Part shown: positions 35,694 to 48,541 of the stretch, in pieces
How the letters are laid out: every line of letters begins with the position of its first letter
Numbering within the stretch: position 1 is the stretch's first letter
NCBI RefSeq assembly: GCF_963506605.1
Contig: NC_083278.1
Coordinates: 19,530,001-19,594,000 of the forward strand
Direction of reading: 5' to 3'
DNA: 64,000 bases
Origin: Zootoca vivipara
Lineage: Eukaryota
Made by a program: the position numbers and the translations under genes
The notes under the pieces: model-generated
What the model saw: only the letters and a program-made list of their open reading frames with translations
Database searches by the model: none
What the model was told of the DNA's origin: nothing

Positions 35694-36479
35694 CCCTAGA
35701 GACATGAACCTGATAAGAGGGTTACTGCACCACATAGTCATATCCTTTTGTTCACTTCCAGGTAGACCAATTCATTTCTCAGCTTTTGGTGTTTGCTGAT
35801 GAAAGTCCATTATCCCCCCCCTTTTTTTTGTTCCCTTTATGATTTCTCCCATTGAAGAGAATGATAGTCAGGTGCCAAGAGCATTGTCCAGATCAGGCAG
35901 TCTATCCAGGGACCTGAAAATTTCTCACATAAATACTCAATTGTTAGATTGAATAAATGGGCTGAATTGTTAACGATTTATAGACCCTTTATAAAGGGGA
36001 AGGAGATGCGTTGAAGTCACGAGCACCTGAATTGATCAATGCTCTCAGTGTTCTACCAGAAACACATCTAAAGAAAACAGTAATAAAATATGTAGTAGCT
36101 CCTTATGAAAAGCTTCTATTTAGAATGGTAGCTTTTGAATGTGCCTTACAAAGAACAGGCTTCATATTCCCCTAAGGAAGCTATTGCACTAGTTTATTAA
36201 AAAAAAGGTTCATTTCTAATTAGCCCAGAAACATTTTAAGAATAGGACAAGGCTTTTTTCAATGGCAAGAAGTTAACTAAACCTCCTTGGGTTTGTTTGT
36301 TAGGAAGTGGTTTGTGAAAGATTCCACACGTTCCAAACCTTTGGCAGGTAAAAACGGAATTTTCTCAAAAAACATAGCTCCCTCCACTGGACATCAAAGG
36401 AGCATACACCTCACCTGCTGCCATTGGCTGCATACTATCAGTAACAACAGAACATTCCAACCTTTAACAGAAAACAACA

Positions 36480-36725
36480 GCAATGCGGGGGAACCGGCCA
36501 GGCCGCAGGGGTTTGTGAGGGGGACAGGGTGGGGCCAATCACAGGGATGACCCAGGGTGGGAGGAGGAGGGGGCAGAATAGGTCATAGGGTGGGACAGGG
36601 TGGGGGGAGTCACAGGGATGAGCCGGGGGTGGGGGGGGAGGAGGGGACAGAATAGGTCATGGGTCGGAACAGGGTGGGGGCAGTCACAGGGATGAGCCAC
36701 AGCAACACGTGGCCGGGACAGCTAG
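36480..36725 (+). mobile_element. Helitron 3' end (5' boundary not determined)
   Basis: Subterminal hairpin CCAC-AGCAACAC-GTGG (36697-36712), then CCGGGACAG-CTAG|T. Confidence 0.7.
36521..36696 (+). repeat. G-rich minisatellite, ~72-bp unit, ~2.4 copies
   Basis: GG(G/A)ACAGGGTGGGG...TCACAGGGATGA repeats start at 36521, 36592 and 36666. Confidence 0.85.
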
Positions 36726-36727
36726 TA

Positions 36728-36914
36728 CAGTAGTACCTCGGCTTACGAACGCGATCCGTTCCGGGTCGCAGTTCGTAACCCGAAAAGGTCGCAAACTGAG
36801 CGCCGCTTCTGCGCATGCGCGGGATGTGCGCGTGCCGAAAACACTTCCGGGTTTGCGGAGTTCATAACCCGAACTGTTCGCAACCCGAGTGGTTCGTAAA
36901 CCGAGGTACGACTG
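36728..36914. mobile_element. Tc1/mariner (Tigger-like) MITE
   Basis: TA|CAGTAGTACCTCGGCTTACGAAC ... GTTCGTAAACCGAGGTACGACTG|TA; very CpG-rich, so probably young. Confidence 0.9.
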
Positions 36915-37155
36915 TATATGATAAAATAGCATCTTGGGACTTGTTGAGTGGAGAAACATAAGGTGATTTTCAAAGCTGGCTGGTGCACCTGAAACTGAAA
37001 TGTCTGTTGCAAGAAGTAGAAACGTAAAGGGCTTTCTGCCATATCTCATTGCTCACATACCACTTGGAGGTGAAAGTGAGCAAGGAATTCTCCCCTCCCG
37101 GTACCCCTGTCAACCAGAACTAATATTATTGTTGTTCAGGTGAATGTGTCAACCT

Positions 37156-37420
37156 GGATAGCTCAGATGGTTAGAGTGTGGCGCTGAAATGCCAGTGTTG
37201 TAGGTTTAGTTCCTTTATGGAACAGCTGCATATTCCTGCATTGCAGGGGGTTGGACTAGATCACGCATCTCCAAACTTCGGCCCTCCAGATGTTTTGGAC
37301 TACAATTCCCATCTTCCCCGACCACTGGTCCTGTTAGCTCGGGATCATGGGAGTTGTAGGCCAAAACATCTGGAGGGCCGCAGTTTGGGAATGCCTGGAC
37401 TAGATGATCCTCAGTGTCCC
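37156..37420 (+). mobile_element. tRNA-derived SINE with CR1-type tail (POM/Squam2-like), interrupted by a MITE
   Basis: Box A-like TAGCTCAGATGG; tail ATTCCTGCATTGCAGGGGGTTGGACTAGAT[MITE]GATCC. Confidence 0.75.
37262..37397. mobile_element. hAT MITE
   Basis: Near-identical to 33177-33312; 8-bp TSD GACTAGAT. Confidence 0.92.
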
Positions 37421-40249
37421 CAAGGGTCAACAATATTCATTTGATTTGATTTGTTTAATTTATTCATATGTTCAAGGGTTTATAGGCCCAAGTGAGCTGA
37501 ATGTATTAACTGAAGTGAACAAAACGAATAAAGGGGAGTGTTGTCCTAGAGTTAAGTAGTTGTGGTAATAAGTCATAAGGGTAGGAACCTAAACACACCT
37601 ATATGAGAATTTCATTGAAATCAACGGGACCAACTTCCACATAATGTTTTAGGGCAGAACTTTATATTTAACTAATTCTTCTAACTGATTTGTTTAAATA
37701 CTAAAGAAGTAATAAAAATTAAGTACTGTGCATTCAAATTAAATCTTGGGTTTACCATAGGTGGCTTATGCTTGCTGTTTTACACTTGTTAATAAAAACA
37801 CCATGTTATAACTGTGTTTTCAGTATCCCAATAAAATAGGTTCATAAACCAATATTTAACCCACAGCAATGACTTACCGTAGTTTATTAATTCATTGGTA
37901 GTAGGACAAGCTTCAATTTTTTGTATCCTCTTTCTGGTAAATGTTTTTAAAGTAGGTACTCACAGGATTTCACTGTTTTATTCCCCATCTGTCATTTAAA
38001 CAATTGTTTGGGATTGTGCTGCTGCTGCTGCTACTCCTCTTTGGTGGTAGCTATGATTTTAGTTGTATATGACCTTTTTCTAACATAAAAGTATATTATT
38101 ATGTATATGATAAGTTAGGTGCCTTCATAATTATATAGAAAGGCAGGATATAAATTCCAGAAATAAAGAAAATTGTCCTTGGTGTGGTTCCTGTCTGTAA
38201 TGTATGCATATCTGGGAAACTATGAGTTCATCACAAATCCACTCTCAATCCTTTGGCGAACTTGTGAGCAATAGATTTCAGGGTTGACACCTGTTGCTTA
38301 TTTCAAAGAATAGCTCCCTATTTTGTAGTCAACTTAGATTTGCAAACAATGCAATTCTTTACATGCTTACCTGAAAGCATGTCTCAGTGTGTTCATCATG
38401 AGAGGATATACTTGTTGAAGATTCATTCCCCGTGTGTGCAGTCATGGGATTGTTGTCTATCACATGACGGTATATGTTTTCATTCCACAGAGTGGGAAGT
38501 GACGGAGACACGATGTTTGTGTTACTGCGTTCCGTGAAGTGGGACTATTGTCCTTTGTTCTTTCTCTTTGCTGTCTGATGCTAGAGAGAGAGGGAGCCAT
38601 GTTGCTGAGGTCTGTGCAAGTTGTTCATAAACTATGCCATGTGCAAGTTGTTCATAAACTAAGGTGCTCTTAAACCAAGGTACCACTGTATCTGGGAAGG
38701 ATATACTTGGATGAGGGCTGCTGTTGCTCACTGACCTCCTTGCTGCTTCAGTTTCCAGTATGCCATCTCAAACAGTAGACTTCCCAGCCTTACGAATGCA
38801 ATCACAGCCTGGGAGCTCCCTGGTTATGTCAGCGTATTGACCTAGGCTTCTTCTTGGTCCTAACTTACTCAGTTTTTTGACCTGCCAAATGACAGATTCA
38901 CATTAAACTTCACAAACCTGTTTCTTTCTCTTTTCTTTTCTTTTTTACTAGTTTTCTCATTTGGGGAAATTTTAGTTTTCCTGGGCAAGTGAAAAGACTT
39001 GACCAAAAAAACACACCATTATCTCTAACAAAAAGCAATTTTTCATTTTATGTATGATACTTTCTTGTTTGGCTTCAGAGGAAGGAGTGTATTGGTTCAG
39101 TTCCTCTCCAGTGTTATTTAAGGCATGACTGTACAAAGTGTAGGGATGTGTGCTTGGCTTTTCAAAACACTTCAGCACAATTTTAGCTTACGTTTTGCAT
39201 CCTTCATACGATCAAGGTCAGAGCACTCTAAGCAGGAACAGTCAATTCATTTGTTGTATGCATTATATATTGATGCCAGAAAAGTATTTATAACTCTGTC
39301 TGGGCTCTTAGATATACTTTCAAGTGCTCCTTAGAAGAAAGACTGTTTGGGAAAAGGGAAATTCTATTTCTGCATATGTTTTATTTTAGAATTCTTAAGG
39401 ATGAGTTCAAATAGATCTGCTGTATCCAGGTCCAGACATTTGTGAACATGATGCACAAAAAGAGCAAAATAAATTTACAAATTCTGTAAAGCTTTGTGGG
39501 CTAGTGCAGACACAACACCAGGCATCCCTTAATCAAATGGAAGGATTGCAGAATCCCCTCTCTGACCCATTCCACAAGCCTTGTTCCTTTCATACTCAGA
39601 TTCACATTAAGTAGTGCTGGATGTTTCATCTTTATAGGCATTAACTATGCTAACTTCAGTAAGAACCTAACCTTGCATGTATATTAAACCAGGAATCCTG
39701 GTTACATCTGCATTAGATCTTCCTATTGCATCCTCCTGAGTTCAACAAGGATCTGTCAGAAACTTAACTGATTAACTAATGGTTCCATATATGGTTAACA
39801 TACTTTCCCCCCTGTAGACTGAAAGTTCATATTATAGATCCCAGATGAAAACAAAGGACATACAACTGTGGAATATAGAACTATATGGAAAATAAAAGTA
39901 TTTTCTTCAACTCCTACACTAAATCCCTGAGTGCAGTGATTTGGAATGAGATGCCATCAATAAATGGATGGTGCCTGACTCTGCTTCTCCTTTTTGTTAG
40001 ACCCAGGTGAGGCTGGCAGTAGGAGTGTTGTCAGTGCCTGGACGTGGCAATGGCAGGACCAGCCCACCCAGGAGGCAAGGTGAGCCGACTGCCTCAGGCA
40101 GCAGGATTCACAAGGACAGTAGATTGCAGTCTCTCTCTTTCTTGTCCCCTTGTTCAGGATGTAGATTTTGCCTCATCTCTTCTTCCCTGGCGTGGAGGGG
40201 AGGCACCATTTGGGGGTCTGCTGCAGGTGCGAGAATATATTGAGCCAGC

Positions 40250-40320
40250 CGAGTAGTGGACTGTATGAGGGCGAGTAAACTGAAGCTCAGTGCAGATAAA
40301 ACTGAGGTACTGATAGGGGC
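40250..40320 (+). mobile_element. L2 RT fragment
   Basis: Translates as VDCMRASKLKLSADKTEVL, matching the L2 WM..NKLKLNPDKTE motif. Confidence 0.55.
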
Positions 40321-41405
40321 TAGTTTGTCTTCCCAGTTGGCTGGGGTTTAATGCAAAGGTTTGTAGGGTGGCCCTGTTAATCTACTCATTTTCTAATCTG
40401 AGAGTTGCATGGCTTTGGTGACACAGTTCACTTTTTATTAAGGTTGTAGCAGGTGTATGCGTTTAGGGTGTTTTGACAGGATTACTTCTGTAGTAATAAA
40501 TTAAGTCACATGGTTGTTTATTTCCTTTACATTTGATTTAAAATTTTAAAAAAGTGTTCTTGTTGTGACCCCACTATATTTATTTAAAAATTTGTAATGG
40601 GCCTTTCTTTTAAGACTCTCATTATATAGCATCTTAATCACAGAGTCTATTTTCTGCTCTGCTTTGCATATTGATGTAAATATTTGTTTATCCAAACAGT
40701 TATGAGCATTTATGCAAAAATGGTCACGAATCAAATGGGGAAAATATGGTGATTTGTTGTTTTAATGAACTTCTAATTTCAAGATGGCTGTCATGTTGAG
40801 CTCCTTGGGTTTATTGAGACCATTATTCACACAACTCCATCCCTCCATCCCTAAATTTAGAGGTTCTTTTTAAAAATCACATATAGGCTGTAGCTTACTG
40901 CTCATGTTACGTTGATTGACCTATTGTCATTTATTTTTCTTCAAAGATAATTTTTATCTTATTTTTATTTTTATCTTATTTTTAGCTGATTATATATGAG
41001 TGTGCAAGTGGAGACCTTTTAAAATGCTTTACTAAAATAAATATTTGTCCATAATATGAAATGGTACAAAGTATGTATGATGACACAGGGAATTCCTTTC
41101 TATTTAACCAAGGAATAGCTTTCTAGTTCCTTTAATAGCATTCTTCTGCTTCCATTTCAGAGATTTTAATTCTTCCAAAATTGCCATATTGGAGTCTTAA
41201 TTCCTTTCTATTACTGTGCTCTGAGACCTTTTATGATGATGAGGAAAATTAGTCTTTTTAGCAAGTAATTACTTAAATTACCTTAATTATCTAATAATGT
41301 AATGTCAGCAACAAAAATTTATATATACTTCAGCAGAATCATTATAATACTGATTAAAGTAATTGTCAGATCCTAAATACTAGCATGTCTTTCCCCAAAG
41401 CCGGG

Positions 41406-41409
<4 letters not shown>

Positions 41410-41451
<42 letters not shown>
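41410..41451 (+). repeat. (AC)n microsatellite
   Basis: Direct reading. Confidence 0.95.
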
Positions 41452-41453
<2 letters not shown>

Positions 41454-42052
41454 TTCAGTGTGCCTTGCTCTGTGCAATTTGGCTTGAGGTGTTTATCATC
41501 CCAGTCAGTGATGGCCAGAAAGGTATTTGGGATAATTAGTTAAGTGATTCATAATTGCTGAAACATCTGTCTGAATTAATCCCAGCAAAAGTAGCAGTTT
41601 TATTGAACTAAAAATATTCTCATAGTACATTTGGCTAAATTGCCCTCTTGGAATAATTCGAAAGGCATCTGGGAGACATTTCAGCCCATCGTCTCCACTT
41701 CTGCGTTGTATACTGTATATTCTATAATCGCTTACACATCATGTTTCATGATGGCACCTTTAGGCTACAATTTGGATCCCTGTAGGTGGAACCAATTTTG
41801 CTGCAGCTGCATGGTTCATCTGTGGAACCTAGACAGCATCTACTAGGGTTGGTACCTGATGTAATGTTTCCCCCAGTGCACACTGTGTGTTGTTACTCAC
41901 CTGTTAGGGCTCAAACAAGGATTGAGCAGGACATTGTATTAACTTTCATTCAAGGTTCTCTGTTCACATCACCTGCAAACTATGCTTGAGCTGCTGAAGC
42001 CAGTAGTTGAATCTACATTTTAGCAGACCTGGTTTCCTTCTTAAAACAAACC

Positions 42053-42501
42053 TGTCACAGAGGAGGCGCTGCGACTACTCTAGAGTAACGACTCTCCAGA
42101 CCGCTGCCTTTTCATGCTTTTATTGTGTGCAGACTATTTACAGTGCTAGAGCTGTACAGGATACATGTTCTTAGTCTGACCCAGAACCCTGGAATGGCGC
42201 TTCCTGCGTTTTCTTCCAACATAAGAGTCTGGGCACCCCAAATCTCATTCCGCGTTTCCTCCTGCGTAATTCCGGAACCGGAGGGAAAAAGGGTCTCCTT
42301 TCCATGTTTTCCTTCTCCCCCCTTTCCCCCGCTCTCTCTTCCTCTCTCACTTGCAACAGGGGCTCTGCTATCCTGCCAGAGCCCTGTCTCCTACTTCCTC
42401 CTTCCCCACTGGACTCTTCTCCCTCCCCGCTAGCTCCGCTGCTGGTGGAGGAACTGCTCCTCAAGATGGGAGGGGGCTCTCTGTACTGTTTCCCCCTCAC
42501 A
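42053..42501 (-). mobile_element. Solo LTR
   Basis: TGT...ACA termini; perfect 5-bp TSD AAACC at 42048-42052 and 42502-42506; minus-strand AATAAA near 42120. Confidence 0.82.
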
Positions 42502-42649
42502 AAACCATTATTATTAGTTTGCTAAAATGGGGATATTGTTAGTGCTTGAAAACAATTTTGTACAAATGATGAGGAGAAAATATAGTGAGTAGAATTTAAT
42601 TTGTATGTTTTTTAAATCGTAGAAAAGTGTAGTACTGTATAAATTGATA

Positions 42650-42810
42650 AATCCCCACTCTCCCATGAAGCTCAATGGGTCACCTTGGTCCAGTCGCTGT
42701 TTCTCAGTCGAGCCTACCTCACAGGGTTGTTGTGAGGATAAAATGGGGAGGGGAGAACCATGTACACCACCTTGATCTCATTGGAGGAAAAGGTGGTATA
42801 TAAATGTAAT
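42650..42810 (+). mobile_element. CORE/MIR-derived SINE (Squam3-like)
   Basis: CCTACCTCACAGGGTTGTTGTGAGGATAAAATG CORE-type motif. Confidence 0.7.
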
Positions 42811-45800
42811 CAACAAAGCAAAGATTATTGAAGAACAACAATTTGATCCAGTAGCAGGACTGGAAAAAAAACTGCCATTGCTGTGTTACTTATACAGTCT
42901 TGTTTCTTGCATTTTAAAATAAATGGTGCAAGCAGTGACCAAACGTGCTTGCACTAGACTGGTTGCATTTAACCATACCGTAGTTAAACTGTGTTTTAAT
43001 GTTGAACGCGAAAGGTTCTTGCTCCACTCCTGTTCTGCTACTCAGAAACAAGCCAGAGTCTTGTTTGTGATTCTTTTATCTGCAAACAAACCATGAGTGG
43101 TATGCAAATTTTGGGGTGTGTTTGTGTGGTTGGTTTTTTTTAGCTTATCGTGTGTGTGCTGTGATTAAGGGAAACAAAACATGTGATGGTTTGGCCATCA
43201 CAACAAGTCAGACTCTGATTTATGTCCTGGTGGCATTGCAGGAAGAAAAGTGAGAATTTTTTAGTAGTATTCACTAGCATGCTGAACCTTCACATTAAGC
43301 ATTATTGTTTTTAATTTTGGTTTGATGCAAACCAGGCCACTGTTTTCTAAGATCTCCCCTTCCCACCTCACCATTGGCTCTTCTGGCTGGCACTGGTGGA
43401 AGTTGTAGTCTAAAACATTTGGACAGCACCCAATTTGAGAAGACTAGGCTAGGAAATAAACATTCCAAATAACCAAACACAATGCGACTTTAAATGCTGT
43501 TCCCTGTTTGATGAAGTCATGCTTTGAGGCTGTGGTCATTGATGTGACTGGAAATAATATTGACATGGATGACTTTAAATCAGTAGAATCCAGGTTTAAT
43601 ACTTTTGGAATTGTTACATCAAAGGAGCCGGTGATCATTCTTTTTATGTGTGTGTAAGGTAAGGAAGGGAAGTGTCTTCCCCTCCACATATCTTTCCATT
43701 AGCTTAAAAATAGTAAGTGATCCTCATAGACATCTTCAAGCATGAAGATAAGAAGGTCAGAGAGATTTCTGGCTGGCCATCGGTTTCTATCCTGCTTTTA
43801 AGAAATGTTGTAAGGTTATTTGTCAGATGTGGAACCACAGAAATTGTTTTTGATCAAAGTGTAGATGGTCTTCAAAGGAATATTACAAGATATCTCTGTA
43901 TAAGTGTAAGTTGTCCGTCTTTCTACATCATAGGCATCATTGTGGAGGGAAACATCCATGTTCCCGAGTGATCTTCAGAGGAATAAATGTGTGAAAAGAT
44001 CCTAAAAATATGACCAGCTTTTTAAGTTTCAGAGCTGCTCAGATTTTATTTTACTCAAGCGCATATTATTTCAAAGCCACTTTGAAATTTCAGCATTTTG
44101 TGATACTGGTATATGAAAGGTTCATTGGGAATGAGAAGGCAAAAACGTTCCATTGTGCTATTGTTAACCATCTTTTTAGGGGCGGCATTTTCATTTATGC
44201 TTTACTTGAAATATAACTGCTTTGAGCTTCCTGGTTCGTAGAACCCCAAACAGTTTTGCTGTGCCCAAAATTTAGAATATTTCATTTTCCATAGGCAAAC
44301 AAATGTGAGAATTGTGAACATTACCTCCTTAAAACCAGCATGCAAATTTCTTCTAGAACTGTTCTACATTGTGGAGCATTTTCATTCAAGCACCAAAAGA
44401 CGCAAATCGTTATCTACATTTGCACTAAGTCATCAAATGCTCTCCCCCCCCCCTTTGCAAGCACTCCAGGGTTTTTCAGTAGTTGATTAATGATTTGTTT
44501 GGAATTCTAATTCTTCCTGTTTTCCATACTGCATTTCTAAAGAGATTAGCAGAATAGCAAATTCTGTACAATCAGCACATATGTGTGTTGGAACTCGCAA
44601 GCTCAGGTAAGAGAATATGCTTAGGTGGATCCAAAGCTGTTGTTTGCACAGGAGTGGCCAAAAGGGATTTAAGAATGCTATAAGCTAAAGAGGTGTATTT
44701 TAGTGTGGGCATCCAGCTATTCCCTCTAGCAGCATGACCCACAAAGCAAAATGTAGCCCACAAGACATATATTGGTTTATGCCAGCTGTTTTGAGAACAG
44801 ACACACACTCAAGGACAGTTCCCCCGCCCCTGATAATTTATTTGCAATTTCAACAAAAACAGAAGGTCTGTTGAGACTTAGTGTAAACTAACTTTTAAAC
44901 TGGAATAGCCTCTCTAGATACATGTGTTCCATTGCTGCTGTAGATAAGAATCTGTGGTCAGTCCATAAGCCAAAAAAGTAGGGGGGGAAATCTAGATTTG
45001 TACCACTGAGTTAAGAGAACACAAAAATGTAATCTTTTAAAGAGCAGCTATTGAGATCTGAACAGTCTCCGGACATTAATTAAATCATCCCATATAGGGG
45101 CAACTAAAATTGCCAGTGTTGGAGGGGGAAAATGATCATGTTTAAGCATCTGTTTGGTTTTAGTGCAGAGATGAGGAAGCAGGAAATGGTGTGTGAGCCT
45201 ACCTGCATTGGCAATTTTTCCCAAAACAGCAGTTCATATTGGAAGATACTATATTATTTGTTTTGCACAATGCTTCTGTATTGCACAGGCATGGAGACAA
45301 TGGTTGTGCTGAATCAGAGGTTGCAAACTCATGAAGACTTCCAGTGGTGGCCCTGGGCCAGTGCTCCATACTCTAAGCTTTTATTTTAAAATTTGAAGAA
45401 AAGGGGGGGCGTGCAAAACTCTATCCCTCCTAGAAAGTTTTGCAACAACATGTTCAGGTACCTTCTTAGCAATTTTTGCTAATAAGTGATGCAGCAACCT
45501 TGTACAGTATATAAAATGGGGTTCATGGGGAATGTGATAAAGAGACGTTTTATACAGCCTATTTATGTTTCCTTGCTCGGCAGACAAAGTAAACAAAATC
45601 CGAATAGTTTGCCGATTTGCTGTAAAAGCTGCTTTCCCTGTATGAGACACCCACCCCCACCCCGGAAATGCTTGCAGTTCTTCCTTTAAAGTTGCTTTAA
45701 GCTATTGTTTGTAGCCTTTTAATACTAGTCACTCACCCTTGAAAGGTCTACTATAAAATCTAGTCTAAGAATCTCGGGGAGTCAGCCACACTTGGTGTGG

Positions 45801-46326
45801 CATTTTGTAACTTCAATGGGTGCACAGCAGGGATTAATTTATCTTCAGCTGCTCAGGGTTTTTTTTTGTTTGGTTTGCTGGCAGGACTGAAATTATTTAG
45901 GCCCTATGGCTTCAAAACCGCAAATACTGCAAAAAATAGAACTAATGAGCTTGGGGTGTTTTGATCGGCTGAAAGCCGCAAATACCCAAGTTAAATGGGA
46001 CATTAATCATGGAACTAATTTTAAAATCTTTTACTTTCTAACTCCTTAAATTTGCATTGCCTGACGCTTCTTATTGGCATGACACTGGTATCAGATGTGG
46101 ATATTCACAGCCACAACTCTATAGAAATATGGAATGGTTTAGTAGTGATAAGTGTCACACCCGAAGAAAACAGCTACCTTTCTGCATATGGTTGATGTAG
46201 GGAATGAGGCAGAGTAATATCCTTTTATAGTAACAAAACTGGTACAAAAATCCTGTGGAGAAAAGGCTAGACTAACTTTTTGTGAAAGGAAATATATGGC
46301 TGGATACTTCTTCCAAAATGATGGTA

Positions 46327-46539
46327 CAGTCGTATCTTGGTTCTTGAACGTAATCCATTCCGGAAGTCTGTCCGACTTCCGAAACATTTGAAAACCAAGG
46401 CACGGCTTCTGACAAGCAGAAGCTTTGTTAGAAATTCGGCTTCTGAAAAACATTCAGAAACTGGAACACTTACTTCCGGGTTTTTGATGTTCAGGAGCCA
46501 AAACATAGGAGGCGTTTGAGAACCAAAGCAGTTTACCAG
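46327..46539. mobile_element. Tc1/mariner MITE, diverged
   Basis: Starts TA|CAGTCGTATCTTGG; internal AATCCATTCCGGAAGT shared with 49561. Confidence 0.7.
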
Positions 46540-46829
46540 TAGACTGTCACTTCACATCTATACCCCCAATTCTTATAATTTTTTGAACTTTGGTACCAGA
46601 ATACTATCTTTTTTCATTTTTTAAAAATAAGACAATGTATAATTGTAGGGTTCAATAAATTGTGATGGTGAGTCATCTGTCATTGCCATATGCAGGAATA
46701 CAAACTGACAGATTTCTGAATAGTTTGCAATGAAAGTTGAGACTGGAGGGAGGGTAGCAAAAAGCCAGAATAAGAATAGCAGTGGCAGGGAAACAAAATA
46801 AAAGTTGGGTATTTAGTGCCTCTGGTGCT

Positions 46830-47070
46830 ATGCTGCGGAACACCTTTCCAGCAGAGATTTGGCAAATATCCTCACTTTTGACTTTCAGGGATCTACGGAA
46901 GACCTATTTGTGCCAACAGGCCTTTACAGGTGTTTAATTAGCCAGTCACCTCAATGGTTTTGTTTTGTTTTTTTTGGTATTTAATAGTGTTTTGTGTTTT
47001 ATCGTTGTCCACTGCTCTGATATTTTATGAGATGGCGGTACAGAAATACCTTTGCCAATAAATAATGAAT
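46830..47070 (+). mobile_element. L2 3' fragment
   Basis: Degenerate L2 C-terminus/3' UTR ending in an AATAAATAATGAATGAAT tail. Confidence 0.45.
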
Positions 47071-48102
47071 GAATAAAACAAACCAGCAAATGCAAAGAGA
47101 ACTCTGGTGATTTATTTAATTTGCAAATTGAATATGGGATAGACTTAATAATAATTGATTTAAGGAATTCATTGGGAATCTACCTGAAAGCTGATCTAGA
47201 ATAAAAGCAAGGTTTCCCTGCCCTACAGAGGCCACAACTATCATTTCTTGCAACTTGGCAAACTGTTCAGGAGTGTCCATTGGAACAATCATTTAGGAAT
47301 GGCAGCTTTAGACAATTTTGATTCCTGTTTGATGGCACGACTTAAAAAAAGAAGAGAGACCCAGGCAATGCTACCTTTATTTGAACCCAGAATTTATCTG
47401 ATCCTGTAAGATAAATCCTGCACCTGTTACCTAGACCCTGTGGGAATGGGCAGACAGAGTGAGATTGCAGAAGCTTGAGGTGTGCTTGCTTTCTCTCCTC
47501 AGGTGTAATCTCTGGGGCAAAGTAAGAATGGAACAGGCCTTGCTTTCTGTACATAAATCATCAGCTATTGAAGGCAGGCATGGATGTAAGTCATGTGTTC
47601 TCCTGCAGAAGCCTTCACTTTGGAGAAGTAAATCCTTGCACGGGGGAATAGACACCCCTCATGTTTCTATTGAAGACATTTGACTTGATATTTTCCATGC
47701 AACTTGGGGAAAAGTAACTGAGAGTAATAGGAACCTTTTATTCCTCTAATGCCCCAATCATTTTGTGCTAGCCCCTTTTTTCATTGTGATGTCTTTAATA
47801 TGCTGATTTTTCCCCTTGTCCATGTCTCCTTGAACTGTGTTCAGCCAACTTACTACCAATTCCAGATAATCTGTTTTTATACTTGGGGAATCAAATAGAC
47901 ACTAACTCAGTGTTTACATTTAAAAGGCAAGTGTTGATGATATTGAAATCTGAAATAAAAACCTGTTTTGATAAATTGTTCCAGGAGCAATAAATTAAAA
48001 GTAAAGCGACAGAGAAATGTAAGCACAGAATGTTTGAATCATAGTAAAGCTGCTATCATTCAAGCTGGAAGCTTACCAATTTAACACATTGTTGCTTAGT
48101 AT

Positions 48103-48541
48103 TGTTCTGAGTTTGGCGAGGTGGGTGAAGAACTGCATGTGAGACCTTTCTAACCCTTGGCTCCAACAAGTGTGATATATACGTCAGGCTCCCTTCCTCT
48201 GTTAAGGTGATAGCCTGGGTGATGGGCCATTAGGGGAAACAAAGGAAAGGAGACAAAGGCGAGAGCAGAGAGGTGAAGCAGCAAGCAGGAAAGAGAGTCA
48301 GAGCAAAGTCTGAGTTCAGTGTTTGATTTCTGTTTGAATCCAAGGCTGCAGCTATGGGAGAAACAAGACCCTTTCGAGGTGTTAATGCAGTGAAATGCTC
48401 CATCATAGGCTCAGGTTGCATATATCTGTAAATAAACCATATATCATAAAACCACTGCTGTCTCCGCTGTGCCTCATTCCCAAAGGAAGCATGGAACCCC
48501 TGGAATTTCACACCGCTCAGAGATTGGTGTGGTGTACAACC
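48103..48541 (+). mobile_element. Solo LTR (4-bp TSD, Gypsy/ERV-type)
   Basis: TGTT...AACC (terminal base mutated); TSD GTAT at 48099-48102 and 48542-48545; AATAAA near 48431. Confidence 0.65.

Noticed and set aside
36521-36696. Repeat array that might suggest CRISPR
   Set aside because: Tandem repeats without unique spacers, in vertebrate DNA
37156-37230. tRNA-like sequence (also at 61278 and in the Sauria SINE heads)
   Set aside because: SINE heads attached to LINE-derived tails; cloverleaf incomplete
47480-47530. Possible 19-nt microexon (also a 6-nt one near 40001)
   Set aside because: Splice-like signals alone are common; no frame or conservation evidence
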